Of a DNA stretch of 64,000 nt, positions 13,489 to 27,911 are shown piece after piece. Under the pieces are notes generated by a model. The model saw nothing but the letters and a program-made list of their open reading frames with translations. It had not been told where the DNA came from and searched no databases. The translations under genes and the position numbers were made by a program. The stretch covers positions 56,854,001-56,918,000 of the forward strand of contig OX597818.1 in assembly GCA_951406725.2 (NCBI GenBank). The letters run 5' to 3'. This DNA is from Octopus vulgaris (Eukaryota). How positions within the stretch are numbered: the first letter of the stretch is position 1; the number at the start of each line of letters is the position of its first letter.

Positions 13489-14287
13489 CGTATATGTATA
13501 TATGTGTATATGTATGTGTGTGTATATGTTTGTGTGTCTGTGTTTGTCCCCCCAACATTGCTTGATGACCGATGCTGGTGTGTTTACGTCCCCTGTATCT
13601 TAGCGGTTCGTCAAAAGTGACCAATAGAATCAGTACAAGGCTTACAAAGAATAAGCTCTGGGGTCGATTTGCTTGACTAAAGGCAGTGCTCCTACATAGC
13701 CATAGACAAATGACTGAAACAAGTAAAAGAGTAAAGAGAGAGTATATAAAATCTGCAAGCATTTAAAATTACCTGAAATATTTGTTTGCAAGTTCTAAAA
13801 TGCCCACATTCAAACCTTATCGATAATAATTTCCAGCATAGTCACAAAGTCACAAATTTATGGAGATGTGATATGTTAATTATATGAACGTCTGTACTTG
13901 GATTTTTTGAAATTGACCCAAGAAGAATAGAGGACAGTTAGTCCCAACACGGTTTGAACCTTGAATGAAGTGCTTTGGAACTAAACACCATCATCATCAT
14001 CATATTTTAACATCCATTCTCCATGCTGGCGTTGATTGGACAGTTTGTCAGGATCTGATGGGGTCCAAGGACTGCTTCATACTCCACTGTCTGCTTTGGC
14101 ATTTTTTTCTCTAGCAGGATGCTCTTCTTAACACCAACCACTTTACAGTATGTACCAGGTCCTGTTTCTTTTTCTTATACCACCTGCACTAGTGCAGTTG
14201 CCATGCAGTTTGCAAGACTACGATCCCTGAGATAGGGGATAGGGGTCAAGTTTATGCTTGGAGAATAAAGAACAGAAAGGGATAAAG

Positions 14288-14599
14288 CAGTGGTTCCCAA
14301 AGTGGGCAGTATTGCACCACCTGGGAGTGGTGGAAAGTTCCAAGGGGGCATTGAAGAAAAGTAGGGTACTAATGGGGCAGCGATTCATGTAAAGATTGGG
14401 GGTGATAATGGGGTGGTGATTCATGTAAAAACAACAAAATAATGGGTTGATTAGGTTAAGTTTTATTTGTGAAATACAGTTGCTTCAAATTTGCTTCAGA
14501 AAGGGGTTTATGTTTGTGATGGTTAGTTGGGGTGGGAGTGCTAAGAATGTGACCTGAGTGTCAAGGGGGCGGCAACCCGAAAATGTTTGGGAACCACTG
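14288..14599. mobile_element. hAT-superfamily MITE
   Basis: 14-bp TIR cagtggttcccaaa/tttgggaaccactg with a perfect 8-bp TSD, ggataaag. Confidence 0.9.
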
Positions 14600-14959
14600 G
14601 GATAAAGTAGATGAGAAAAGGATCAAAGCATTTTATATGATCCTCTTCTGATTCTGTCAGCTCATTATCCTCCACTTTGGTGATCCGTCTAAACATTGAT
14701 GTCTTCCTTTTTTGGCCAATCTGTCCATGTTAAGTGCTCCTTATACTTTCACTATCCATGGTGTCGGTAGTCCAATGACTGAAGCAAGTAAAAGATAAAA
14801 ATATATGTGTTGGGCTTCCACACAGTTTTCGTTTCACAAGGTATGGGTCAACCTGAGGCCAGAAGGGGTTAGTAGGAGACCTATCCAAGGTTCCACACAG
14901 TGGGACTGAACCCCAAACCAGTATGGATGCAAAGGGAGCTTCTTAACCACACATTCCTA

Positions 14960-15470
14960 TGTACACAGACACACATCCTAGCATTCACACACACATACAA
15001 ACATACACATGCTCACACACACACACGCTCACACACACATACAAACACACACACTCACACACACACTCACACACACATACAAACATACACACACCATTCA
15101 CTCTCCTCTCCTCTCTTTCTCTGTCTATCTTTCCCTCCCTCCTTTCTCTCTCCATCCCTCCCTCTCATTCTCTCTCTCTGTCTGCCTCTCTCTCTCTGTC
15201 TGCCTCTCTCTCTCTGTCTGCCTCTCTCTCTCTGTCTGCCTCTCTCTCTCTGTCTGCCTCTCTCTCTGTCTGCCTCTCTCTCTCTGTCTGTCTGTCTCTC
15301 TGTCTGTCTCTCTCTCTCTCTCTCTGTCTGTCTGTCTCTCTGTCTGTCTGTCTCTCTGTCTGTCTCTCTGTCTGTCTGTCTGTCTGTCTCTGTCTCTCTC
15401 TGTCTCTGTCTCTCTCTGTCTCTGTCTCTCTGTCTCTCTCTCTCTGTCTCTCTCTCTCCCTCTCTTTCAC
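14960..15470. repeat. (CA)n followed by (CT)n/(CTGT)n microsatellite
   Basis: Direct inspection. Confidence 0.95.
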
Positions 15471-15793
15471 TCTAAAGCAAACCCTTTAGAAAATAGATGC
15501 AACACAAAAGACAAAAACAAAAAAAAAAACCCAGCTCCTAAACATATTTGGAATATTCATAGCTGCTCCACCTACATTGACCCCTTATCAACTCCCTCTG
15601 GAAATTTCCATCTTCCTAATAGAGTATTGTTTCTATAGTTTCCTCCATGTTATCTCTTTGCTCTGATGATCCACCGATTCCATCAACCCTGCTGCCACCC
15701 AACCTATTTATAATATTTTTCACTTCACCTCTTCTCCTTCCCTCCTTCTTTCTCCATCTCTCCTCCATATTCACCGATATTCCGTTCTATACA

Positions 15794-15862
<69 letters not shown>

Positions 15863-16066
15863 ACGATATTATTCCTAAAATAATAATGTTAATAGCCATG
15901 AATGTAAAAGTTGTAGAGGCAAAATTAATAATTATATATAAGATATATAAATATACGTATATATACTAGGGTACAACATAAGCACCTGCTTCACTGAAAA
16001 TAGGAGTGAAGATACTCCTAAGCCATATATGTATATATATATGTGTATATATATGTGTATATATAT

Positions 16067-16640
16067 CATCATCATCATCATCGTTTAACGTCCGCTTTCC
16101 ATGCTAGCATGGGTTGGACGATTTTGACTGAGGACTGGCGAACCAGATAGCTGCACCAGACTCCAATCTTGATTTGGCAGAGTTTCTACAGCTGGATGCC
16201 CTTCCTAATGCCAACTACTCCGAGAGCGAAGTGGGTGCTTTTAAAGTGCCACTGGCACAGGCGCCAGTCAGGCGGTACTGGCAATGACATCACTCGAATC
16301 CTTTTACACATGCCACCAGCACAGATGCTAGTAAGGCGACGTTGGTAACGATCACGCTCGAATGGTGCCCTTTTACATGCTACAGCACGGGGGCCAGTCA
16401 GGTGGTACTGGCAATGACCTCGCTCGAATCCTTTTACACATGCCACCAGCACAGGTGCTAGTAAGGCGACGTTGGTAACGATCACGCTTGAATGGTGCCC
16501 TTTTACGTGCTACCGGCATGGAAGCCAGTTGGCTGCTCTGGCAACGATCATGCTCAGATGGTGCTCTTGGCACCCTACTAGCACGGGGCTTGAGTGCCAG
16601 TAAGGCGACGTTGGTAATAATCACTCTCGAATGGTGCCCT
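16067..16640 (-). mobile_element. RTE LINE 3' UTR in a (TA)n tract with duplicated internal units
   Basis: (cat)n tail; gtaaggcgacgttggtaa occurs three times. Confidence 0.85.
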
Positions 16641-16877
16641 TTATATATATATATATATGTGCAATGGCATTTTACGGTAAGCAGTATTGATTTTCACAAT
16701 TCTGTTAATCCCAGGACTCATTCTTTGTATGCCTAGTACTTATTCTATTTGCCTCTTTTGCCAAACCACTAAGTTACGGGTATGTAAGCACACCAACGTT
16801 GGTTGTCAAGCAATGGTGGGGGGAAAAACACAGACACAAATAATACATACACATATACATACATATATATATATATG

Positions 16878-17178
16878 TGGAGGCACAATGGCCCAGTGTT
16901 TAGGGCAGCGGACTCGCGGTCGTAGGATCGCGGTTTCGATTCCCAGACCGAGTGTTGTGAGTGTTTATTGAGCGAAAACACCTAAAGCTCCACGAGGCTC
17001 CGCAGGGGGTGGTGACGATCCCTGCTGTACCCTTTTGCCACAACTTTCTCTCACTCTTTCTTCTGTTAGCCTGCTCGCTTAGCCAGCGGGGTGGCGTCAC
17101 TTGAAGGCTAAAACAATGCGAAGCACATTGTGACCAGTGATGTGTAGCAACATCTGATAACCTGGTCAATCACGGTGA
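16878..17178 (+). mobile_element. tRNA-derived SINE family C
   Basis: tRNA-like head tggaggcacaatggcccagtg..gcagcggactcgcggtc..ggtttcgattccc. Homologues at 42396-42689, 59501-59785 and 61426-61752. Confidence 0.85.
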
Positions 17179-17288
17179 TATATATATATATATATATGTA
17201 GAAGGTTGAAAAGGAACACACGAGTTGATATATATGGAAAAAAAATGTCAAGGTAGAAAATGCTAAAATAGTTTTATAAAAGATATTT

Positions 17289-17324
17289 CAGTACCGGTTT
17301 CAGTCATTGAGACTTTTTCAACTG
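17289..17324 (-). ncRNA. Minimal type-I hammerhead ribozyme motif with a U3-A8 core
   Basis: Minus strand reads CAG|TTGAAAA|AGTC-tcaat-GACT|GAAA|C-CG-GTA^|CTG, inside a short insert in a (TA)n tract. Confidence 0.7.
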
Positions 17325-17669
17325 TAAGTATGGAAAAATTAAAAGAAAAATTTTTTAAAAGAATATTTCCATAGTATTCAAATACAAGGAGTATTTTCCT
17401 TGTTCCTGCCTGTCTCTGTCTCTCTTGTTTACTCTTGTGGGTTTGAGATACATACAACAGGCTTCTTTCAGTTTCCATCTACCAAATCCATTCACAAGGC
17501 TTTAGTCAGCCTAGGACTATAGTGGAACACACTTGCCCAAGGTGCCATGCAGTGGGATTGAACCTAAAACCATGTGGTTGGGAAATAAGCTTCTAACCCC
17601 ACAGCCATGCATACACACATGTGTATGAATGGTGGGGTAGGTTGTGGTCTATTTTATGATGTGTACATG

Positions 17670-17712
<43 letters not shown>

Positions 17713-18254
17713 TGCATGCACTGTGTGTAGATGAAGTGGGTGTTTGTATAATGTGGAGAAGAGGCATGTAATGTGTATATACATGTGTCAGAGTGAGGGA
17801 GAGAGAGAGAGAGAGTGGGAGAGAGAGAGAGAAACCCCACATGTGAGAGATGCTTGAGTGTTGAGAATGGAATCTAGGGCAAATGATGATAACGATGACG
17901 ATGACAACATTGACAATGATGACAAGAGTGATGACAAGAGTGATGACAAAGAGATGGATCAATTAATATTTATAAACGAACAAGAAAATGAATAAATAAA
18001 TATATTAAGAGCAATATATCTCTTCATCTTTTATTAGACTGTGGCCATGCTGGGGCACTGCCTTGAAGAATTTTTACTTGAATGAATCGACCACCAGTGT
18101 GTTAACTTTTATTTTAAGCCTGCTACTGATTCTATCAGTCTTTTTTGTTAAGCCGCTAAGTTATGGGGATGTAAACAAACCAGCACTGGTTGTCAAGCAG
18201 TGGTGGCAGACAAACAGACACAAAGACACAAGCGATGTCTATCGTATATGTATC

Positions 18255-18285
<31 letters not shown>

Positions 18286-18310
18286 CTCTATCTCTCTCTG
18301 TCTCTCTCTT

Positions 18311-18372
<62 letters not shown>

Positions 18373-18431
18373 CAGAGAGAGAGAGAGAGAAAGAGATATA
18401 CATATATGATAGACTTCTTTCAGTTTCCATC

Positions 18432-18475
<44 letters not shown>

Positions 18476-18482
18476 GTATACA

Positions 18483-18813
18483 TAGGCGCAGGAGTGGCTG
18501 TGTGGTAATTAGCTTGCTTACCAACCACTTGGTTCCAGGTTCAGTCCCACTGCATAGCATCTTGGACAAGTGTCTTCTATTATAGCCTCAGGCCGACCAA
18601 AGCCTTATGAGTGAATTCGGTAGACAGAAACTGAAAGAAGCCTGTTGTATATATATCATCATCATCATCGTTTAACGTCTGCTTTCCATGCTAGCATGGG
18701 TTGGACGGTTCAACTGGGGTCTGGCAAGCCCGAAGGCTGCACCAGGCCAGTCAGATCTGGCAGTGTTTCTACAGCTGGATGCCCTTCCTAACGCCAACCA
18801 CTCCGAGAGTGTA

Positions 18814-18861
<48 letters not shown>

Positions 18862-19080
18862 TTGTGTGCTTGTGTTTGTCCCCCCAAAATCGCTTGACAA
18901 CTGATGTTGGTGTGTTTACGTCACCGTAACTTAGCGGTTCGGCAAAAGAGACCCGATAGAATAAGTACTAGGCTTACAAAGAATAAGTCCGGGGTTCGAT
19001 TTGCTCGACTAAAAGCAGTGCTCCAGCATGGCCACAGTCAAATGGCTGAAACAAGATAAAGAATAAGAGGATAAAAGAAT
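18483..19080 (+). mobile_element. SINE family A with an RTE tail (18656-18813, minus) nested in its (TA)n
   Basis: Head, nested RTE end and tail are all recognisable. Confidence 0.85.
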
Positions 19081-19478
19081 ATGTACTCACAGGGACCATA
19101 ATCACCCGAAAGTACCAGTCAAGAATTCCCTATACTGATTGGTCATTTCGGCTATTTCCATAGCCCCATAATTAGGGACCACTTGACTTGACTTTTCTGG
19201 ACTTACTTCTCTGTCAGTACGTAGGTAATCATCATAAAAATCTCAGGATGATTTAGCAAATCATCGCTAATTATGTGCTTATTAATTACAGAATTAGAGC
19301 TTTTTAGCTCTTATTTCTAGCAATCCAGGTGTTCTAACACCCTAATCACATTTAGTGACAATTATAGTATTCCTTTTTGGTAAAACATTGCACACTGCTA
19401 TCTATATAAAATTATATATATATATTTGTATTTTTTTTTTCCTCTGTCTTCCCTTCTCTGGATCTTTCCTTCTCCTAT

Positions 19479-19513
19479 GTTTCCGATGAAGAGCTCCGCT
19501 CGAAACGTTAAAC
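19479..19513 (+). ncRNA. Minimal hammerhead motif (U4C core) in a Penelope-like insert spanning ~19415-19612
   Basis: GTTT|CCGATGA|A-GAGC-tcc-GCTC|GAAA|C-GTT^|AAAC, with (TA)n on both sides of the insert. Confidence 0.7.
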
Positions 19514-19607
19514 CCTCCTTCTTCCCTTCTTTCCTGAGCGTCCAATAATACTATATTTGTTCCACGTCCTCGCGTTGTTGTTTTTTCGTATTTTCTTGTT
19601 TGGATTA

Positions 19608-19648
<41 letters not shown>

Positions 19649-19809
19649 TAGAGATAAAACCACTATTATGCAACTCAAACAGTGATAGAATTAAGCCAAA
19701 ACATAAATAACAAATAAAATATATTTTTATAAACATATAACTAGATCTCAAAAAGTATAAAAATGAATAATCAATATATAATAAGTAAGTTTGGAGTTAT
19801 ACTCCCTAA

Positions 19810-19877
<68 letters not shown>

Positions 19878-20339
19878 TTCACCAACATGGAGGCTGTAGT
19901 CCCTTAATATATATATATATACATTTCAAACAAGACAGGAATCTGTATCTGAAGTTCCTACGTGCCCCTCCATCCCTCTACTTCTGCAAAGACTCCCCAG
20001 CCAGTTCTACAGGCAGGAATGGATGATGAAATGTAGGCATCGACGGGGAACAGGGATCCATTAACCAATCAATCACCCAAATTCTCTGAATAATTCGTAA
20101 AAAAAAAAAAAAATAAAAGATTTTGTCCCTTCTTTTCCCTAATTTTTTGTCTCCTACACTTCGTGTTTTTAAGATCCCCTTGGTTGTTTCTGGGTTTTCG
20201 TTCCATGGATTATGTCAACAGAGGAACTGCAACTTTTTTTGAATTCCATTTCGACAAATTTCTTTCTCTTTTCCTTCTTAATTTTTCCAATATTATCCAA
20301 CGTTTCTCTGACATTCATTTCGGAATTATTCAGCTCCTG

Positions 20340-21280
<941 letters not shown>

Positions 21281-21661
21281 CATATTATTTTATTTTTGTT
21301 TTGAAGTTTCATTTATTTCCAACGTAAAATACTGTTCAAGTGGTTGACACCTCTCTTTTGCAATGTGCTATATATCACCCCTCCCTCACACCTTCCCTTC
21401 CTCCTCCTCCTCCTCCTCCTCCTCCTCATCATCATCATCATCATCATCTTCATCGTCATCATTTAACATCTGTTTTCCATGACAGAGACTAATACAACTT
21501 GGCAGTCGTTACTTACAACAATGACCCATTCTTGCTTCCTCGTATTTATTTACCCATTCAAATGCTTACCATTATTATATTCATAATGGCACCATAATAT
21601 ACAAAAGACTGAAAACATTGCAAGCTGCCACTAACTCACAATTTCTGTTTTTGCATTTCAG

Positions 21662-21756
21662 GAGGAATTTTACTTTCAAATGCGATGAGAAGTAATAATG
21701 GATTATAGTCCTAGCCTTACCATTCCTCATGTTCCAAAATAGATAATTTTCTGGAG
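21662..21756 (+). other. Candidate non-coding internal exon (95 nt)
   Basis: Branch point CTAAC (21631), acceptor tttttgcatttcAG, donor GAG|GTAAGT. Stop codons in all three frames. Confidence 0.4.
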
Positions 21757-22049
21757 GTAAGTACTTTTTGTCTTGGATTAACCTTTTTCTTGATGACCAA
21801 CCCTTGTGAGACAACTTCTAGGTGCTAAAATTTAAATTAAAACCTCAATGGATATCTCATTATCGTATGAAAGCTAACATGTATGTACACATGTAGGACT
21901 AGATTAAGACCCATGGTGGCCCAAATTAAGATCCATGGAGACCCAAAGCTCTTAAAAGATTTTGATGCACCCCCTATCCATATATATATATATATATAAT
22001 TATATATATATATATAATTATATATATATATATAATTATATATATATAT

Positions 22050-22589
22050 GAGCAAAACGTCCCCCATCCAATGGCCGGTGCTGAATCATATCAGCTGAAT
22101 AAAAAGCAATCAGTGTTTTCTTTTCATTAGAAAATAATTAAGCATGCCATTATTTCAATAAAATTTTTGGTTTTGTTAAACGAAGTTAAGGCAAAAAAAA
22201 AAACAACAAATAGTCTTTCCTTCCTTCATGCCAAGTTTGAAGAAAATATCTCTTTTGCATCTTACTTGTTTGGTTTTTTAAATATACTGCATTTTGTGGC
22301 AGTATTTCAAGCCAGCCGGCTTTTTTGGCGTAAACTGCATGTGCCTTTTTCTCGCATATACGTAGTATCGGTTGCACCAGCTGATCTACATGCACGTACA
22401 AATGCACGTTTCCACAGCTTTATCGATCGCATTCTCACCTGGAATCGATTTTTGTAATTTTTTCAAGACTTATACACGCCCTGATACCGTCGATATCTAC
22501 ATATCAAATTTGAGTGCAATCAGATGGAGGATGCCTGAGATCCTAGAAGACACACACACAGACAGACAGAACGGATTTTATATAATCGA
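22050..22589 (-). mobile_element. Non-autonomous Helitron-like element
   Basis: Minus strand starts tcgattatataaaa followed by (tctg)n(tg)n and ends ..ggggacgttttgct, which is the typical invertebrate non-autonomous Helitron layout. Confidence 0.55.
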
Positions 22590-22599
22590 TATTCTCTTT

Positions 22600-23015
22600 C
22601 TCTTTTCTCTTTTACTTGTTTCAGTCATTTGACTGCGGCCATGCTGGAGTACCGCCTTTAATTGAGCAACTTGACCCCGGGACTTATTCTTTTGTAAGCC
22701 CAGTACTTATTCTATCAGTCTCTTTTGCCGAACCGCAAAGTAACGGGAACATAAACACACCAGCATCGGTTGTCAAGCAATGCTAGGGGGACAAACACAG
22801 ACACACAAACACGCACATACACACATATATATATACATATATACGACGGGCTTCTTTCAATTTCCGTCTGCCAAATCCACTCACAAGGCTTTGGTCGGCC
22901 CGAGGCTATAGTAGAAGACACTTGCCCAAGATGCCATGCAGTGGGACTGAACCCAGAACCATGTGACCATGTGGTTGGTAAACAATCTACTTACCACGCA
23001 GCCACTCCTGCACCT
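22600..23015 (-). mobile_element. SINE family A
   Basis: Full-length match. Confidence 0.9.
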
Positions 23016-23164
23016 ATATTTGTGTGTAATTCAAAATTTAAACAATTATAAACTATAAAATTAATTTTTATTTTTGAATATGAAACAGAACTAATGTTAA
23101 CATGGAAAATAATGTTTATATATGAAAGCTAACATGTATGTACACATGTAGGACTAGATTAAGA

Positions 23165-23690
23165 TCATGTATGTGTGCATGCATACGTGCATGCATGCAT
23201 GTATGCATGTGTGTGTGTATGTATGTATGTATGTGTGTGTGTGTGTGTGCATGTTTGTGTGTGCGTGTTTGTGTGCATGCATGTATCCATGTGTGTGTAT
23301 ATATATGTATGTGTATGTGTGTGTGCATGCATGCATGCATGTATGCATGTGTGTATGTGTGTATGTGCATGCATGTGTATGTATGTATGTGAGTGCATGC
23401 GTGTGCATATGTGCATGTATTCATGTGTGTATATATGTATGTGTGTGCATGTGTGTGTGTATGTATGCATGCATGTGTGTGTGTGTATATATATGTATGT
23501 GTATGTGTGTGTGCATGCATGTATGCATGTGTGTATGTGCGTGCGTGCATGCATGTGTATGTATGTATGTATGTGAGTGCATGCATGTGTGTGCATATGT
23601 GCATGTATTCATGTGTGTATATATGTATGTGTGTGCATGTGTGTGTGTATGTATGCATGCATGTATGTGTGTGTGTGTACGTGTGTTTGA
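23165..23690. repeat. (TG)n/(TGCA)n compound microsatellite
   Basis: Direct inspection. Confidence 0.9.
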
Positions 23691-23747
23691 CATGCGTGAA
23701 CTATGAGTCTTTGGGTTCAGTCCCACGTCATGTATGTCATGATAATT

Positions 23748-24225
23748 ATCATCATCATCATCGTTTAACGTCTGCTTTCCATGCTGGCATGGTTTGGACG
23801 ATTTGACGGAGGACTGGCGAAACAGATGGCTGCACCAGGCTCCAGTCTGATCTGGCAGAGTTTCTACAGCTGGATGCCCATTCTAACACCAACCACTCTG
23901 AGAGTCTAGCGGGTGCTTTTACGTGCCACTGGCACGAGAGCCAGTCAGGCGGTACTGGCAACGACCACGCTCAAATGGCGTTTTTTATGTGCCACCTGCA
24001 CAGGAGTCAGTCCAGCGGCACTGGCAACGACCTCGATCAAATGTTTTTTTCATGTGCCACCGGCACAAGTGCCAGTAAGGCGACGCTGGTAACGATCACA
24101 CTCAAATGGTGCTTTTAACGTCCCACCGGAACGGACGCCAGACAGCCGCTCTGGCAGTGATCCCACTCGGATGGAGCTGTTACTGCTCCACTGGCACGGG
24201 TGCCAGTCATCGAATTTGGTTCAAT
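23748..24225 (-). mobile_element. RTE LINE 3' UTR
   Basis: Co-linear with 58424-58810. Confidence 0.85.
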
Positions 24226-24382
24226 TATAAGGCAAAAAAAGAAAATGACTCTCTCCAGAAACAGCAGAATTTCAATTAAACTTTGTGAATAAAATGAATC
24301 TTAACTAAGATTTCTCTCTATCAGTGTGTTTAGTTCCATGAGAATCAGGAACAGGGGGTACCCAGGTCATATCCAGAAGTTT

Positions 24383-24414
<32 letters not shown>

Positions 24415-24649
24415 GCGTGTGCGCACATGCACACACTGTATGCAAGCAGAATCAAAGAAAGAAACAACCAAGAAACACAATTAGATGTGATATAAAACTG
24501 GTCTCTCTCTCTAAGTTGTTGGTCATTCCTATCTGACCAAGAATCTCTGAGACTAGTTCCCTGCCTGAGTCATGGTACACTCTGCAACTGGGGTGTAATT
24601 ATTGCTCACCGAATCCCAATTACTACCCCACCCCCCATCCTTATCTTCT

Positions 24650-25300
<651 letters not shown>

Positions 25301-25880
25301 TTGTTATCACACTCTCATCATACAACGTGATGTCATTGTTCTGACACAGTTACTGCGGTTGTTATCTCTGGCATACAACACTCCTCCCCTCTTTTGCTCT
25401 CTGTCTCTCTCTCTCTCTGTCTGTCTGTCTGTCTGTCCCTTTATCTACACACATGTCTGTGTATATAATGTTATCATCGGTACTGACGATTACCGATAAC
25501 CATGCGAGATGATGCTGTTGTCTTCCTGTCGAGTTATGTGTGAGATCAGCGACGAGATTTGGGGGTGAAAAGAAAATTTTTTTTGTGTGTTTGTCGAAGT
25601 TTTTGTTCTAATCTTTTCGGGGTTTTTTTTTTCTTCTGATATTTCATTTTTTTGTACCTGCGATGTCTGTCCTAGTTTGTCCCCTCTATGTTTAGCCCGT
25701 TGTGGGCAATAAAGAAATAAGAAGGACAGAGATAGCTGTCTTACTATAGAAGAAATGCATGCTGATGTGTGGCAAACAGAAGGTAAATTCTCACACGCAT
25801 GGGGACACAGTGAAATTCAAAATAATGAAGTACAAATTCATTCTCGATTTGTTCTAGCAGATTTGAGCCTGAAGATGCTA

Positions 25881-27115
25881 ATCATCATCATCATCATCAT
25901 CATCGTTTAGCGTCCGCTTTCCCTGCTAGCATGGGTTGGACGGTTCAACTGGGTTCTGGGAAGCCAGAAGGCTGCGCCAGGCCCAGTCTCATCTGGCAAT
26001 GTTTCTACGACTGGATGCCCTTCCTAACGCCAACAACTCCGTGAGTGTAGTAGGTGCTTTTTAGTGCCAGACGAGGCTGGCAAATGGTCACGATCGGACG
26101 GTGCTTTTTACGTGCCACCGGTACAGGTGCCAGGCGAGACTGGCAAACGGCCACGATCGGATGGTGCTTTTTACGTGCCACCGGTACAGGTGCCAGGCGA
26201 GGCTGGCAACGGCCACGATCGGATGGTGCTTTTTATGTGCCACCGGTACAGGTGCCAGGCGAGGCTGGCAACGGCCACGATCGGATGGTGCTTTTTATGT
26301 GCCACCGGTACAGGTGCCAGGCGAGGCTGGCAACGGCCACGATTGGATGGTGCTTTTTACGTGCCACCGGTACAGGTGCCAGGCGAGGCTGGCAACGGCC
26401 ACGATCGGACGGTGCTTTTTATGTGCCACCGGTACAGGTGCCAGGCGAGGCTGGCAACGGCCACGATCGGATGGTGCTTTTTACGTGCCACCGGTACAGG
26501 TGCCAGGCGAGGCTGGCAACGGCCACGATCGGATGGTGCTTTTTACATGCCACCAGTACAGGTGCCAGGCGAGACTGGCAAACGGCCACAATCGGATGGT
26601 GCTTTTTACGTGCCACCGGTACAGGTGCCAGGTGAAGCTGGCAACGGCCACGATCGGATGGTGCTTTTTACGTGCCACCGGTACAGGTGCCAGGCGAGGC
26701 TGGCAAACGGCCACGATCGGATGGTGCTTTTTACGTGCCACCGGTACAGGTGCCAGGCGAGGCTGGCAACGGCCACGATCGGATGGTGCTTTTTACATGC
26801 CACCAGTACAGGTGCCAGGCGAGACTGGCAACGGCCACGATCGGATGGTGCTTTTTACGTGCCACCGGTACAGGTGCCAGGCGAGGCTGGCAACGGCCAC
26901 GATCGGATGGTGCTTTTTACGTGCCACCAGTACAGGTGCCAGGCGAGACTGGCAAACGCCCACAATCGGATGGTGCTTTTTACGTGCCACCGATACAGGT
27001 GCCAGGCGAGGCTGGCAACGGCCACGATCGGATGGTGCTTTTTACGTGCCACCGGTACAGGTGCCAGGCGAGGCTGGCAACGGCCACGATCGGATGGTGC
27101 TTTTTACGTGCCACT
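25881..27115 (-). mobile_element. RTE LINE 3' end with an expanded internal 62-bp minisatellite
   Basis: (cat)n tail and RTE terminal block at 25881-26050, followed by the tandem array. Confidence 0.85.
26052..27115. repeat. Tandem array of ~17 x 62-63-bp units
   Basis: Unit gatggtgctttttacgtgccaccggtacaggtgccaggcgaggctggcaacggccacgatcg; period 62 (e.g. 26401 and 26463). Confidence 0.95.
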
Positions 27116-27479
27116 GTTGTATTTTGTTTACAGCGAACAACTTGTTATTGCAGACAACATGTGTTGACAACTTGATCCATTGCGGTGAGGGGACTTTGAG
27201 ACTTCATGGTCTTTTGATCTGACTGTAGTCAAAAAAACAAAATGTAAACCAGCAAATTCTTCAGTGTCATCTCTTTAGCAGTTACGGTTGAAGTAGAGCT
27301 AAGGAGGTGATGTCAGTGAATATATGTATTTGTTGGAGTAAAGATTATATTTTACATAATCCCTAATGGTTCTATTCATAAGCCTTTGTACAAGTCATTG
27401 GTATTTGCTAGACATTGCCTTCAAAATTTCCAACTTTGAGAAAGTATCTTTTACATTTCTATTATCTATAACAGTGTCT

Positions 27480-27690
27480 CTTTTACTCTTACTTGTTTCA
27501 GTCATTTGACTGCGGCCATGCTGGAGCACCGCCTTTAGTCGAGCAACTCGACCCCGGGACTTATTCTTTGTAAGCCTAGTACTTATTCTATCGGTCTCTT
27601 TTGCTGAACCGCTAAGTCACGGGGATGTAAACAAACAAGCATCGGTTGTCAAGCGTTGTTGGGGGGACAAACACAGACACACAAACATAT

Positions 27691-27748
<58 letters not shown>

Positions 27749-27911
27749 GACGGGTGTCTTTCAGTTTCCATCTACCAAATCCACTCACAAGGCTTTGGTC
27801 GACCCGAGGCTACAGTAGAAGACACTTGCCCAAGATGCCATGCAGTGGGACTGAACCCGGAACCATGTGGTTGGTAAGCAAGCTACTTACCACACAGCCA
27901 CTCCTACGCCT
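27480..27911 (-). mobile_element. SINE family A
   Basis: Full-length match. Confidence 0.9.

Noticed and set aside
13835-13856. Resemblance to miR-153 (gcatagtcacaaa)
   Set aside because: The 5' end mismatches and no precursor hairpin is evident.
16878-16955. Possible tRNA genes (also at 59501, 61426 and 62061)
   Set aside because: Imperfect cloverleaves continuous with repeat bodies; these are SINE heads.
26052-27115. CRISPR-like array, or the 367/373-aa repeat ORFs
   Set aside because: The units are contiguous and near-identical with no unique spacers and no cas genes. The array is part of an RTE 3' UTR, and the ORFs arise from a stop-free 62-bp unit.
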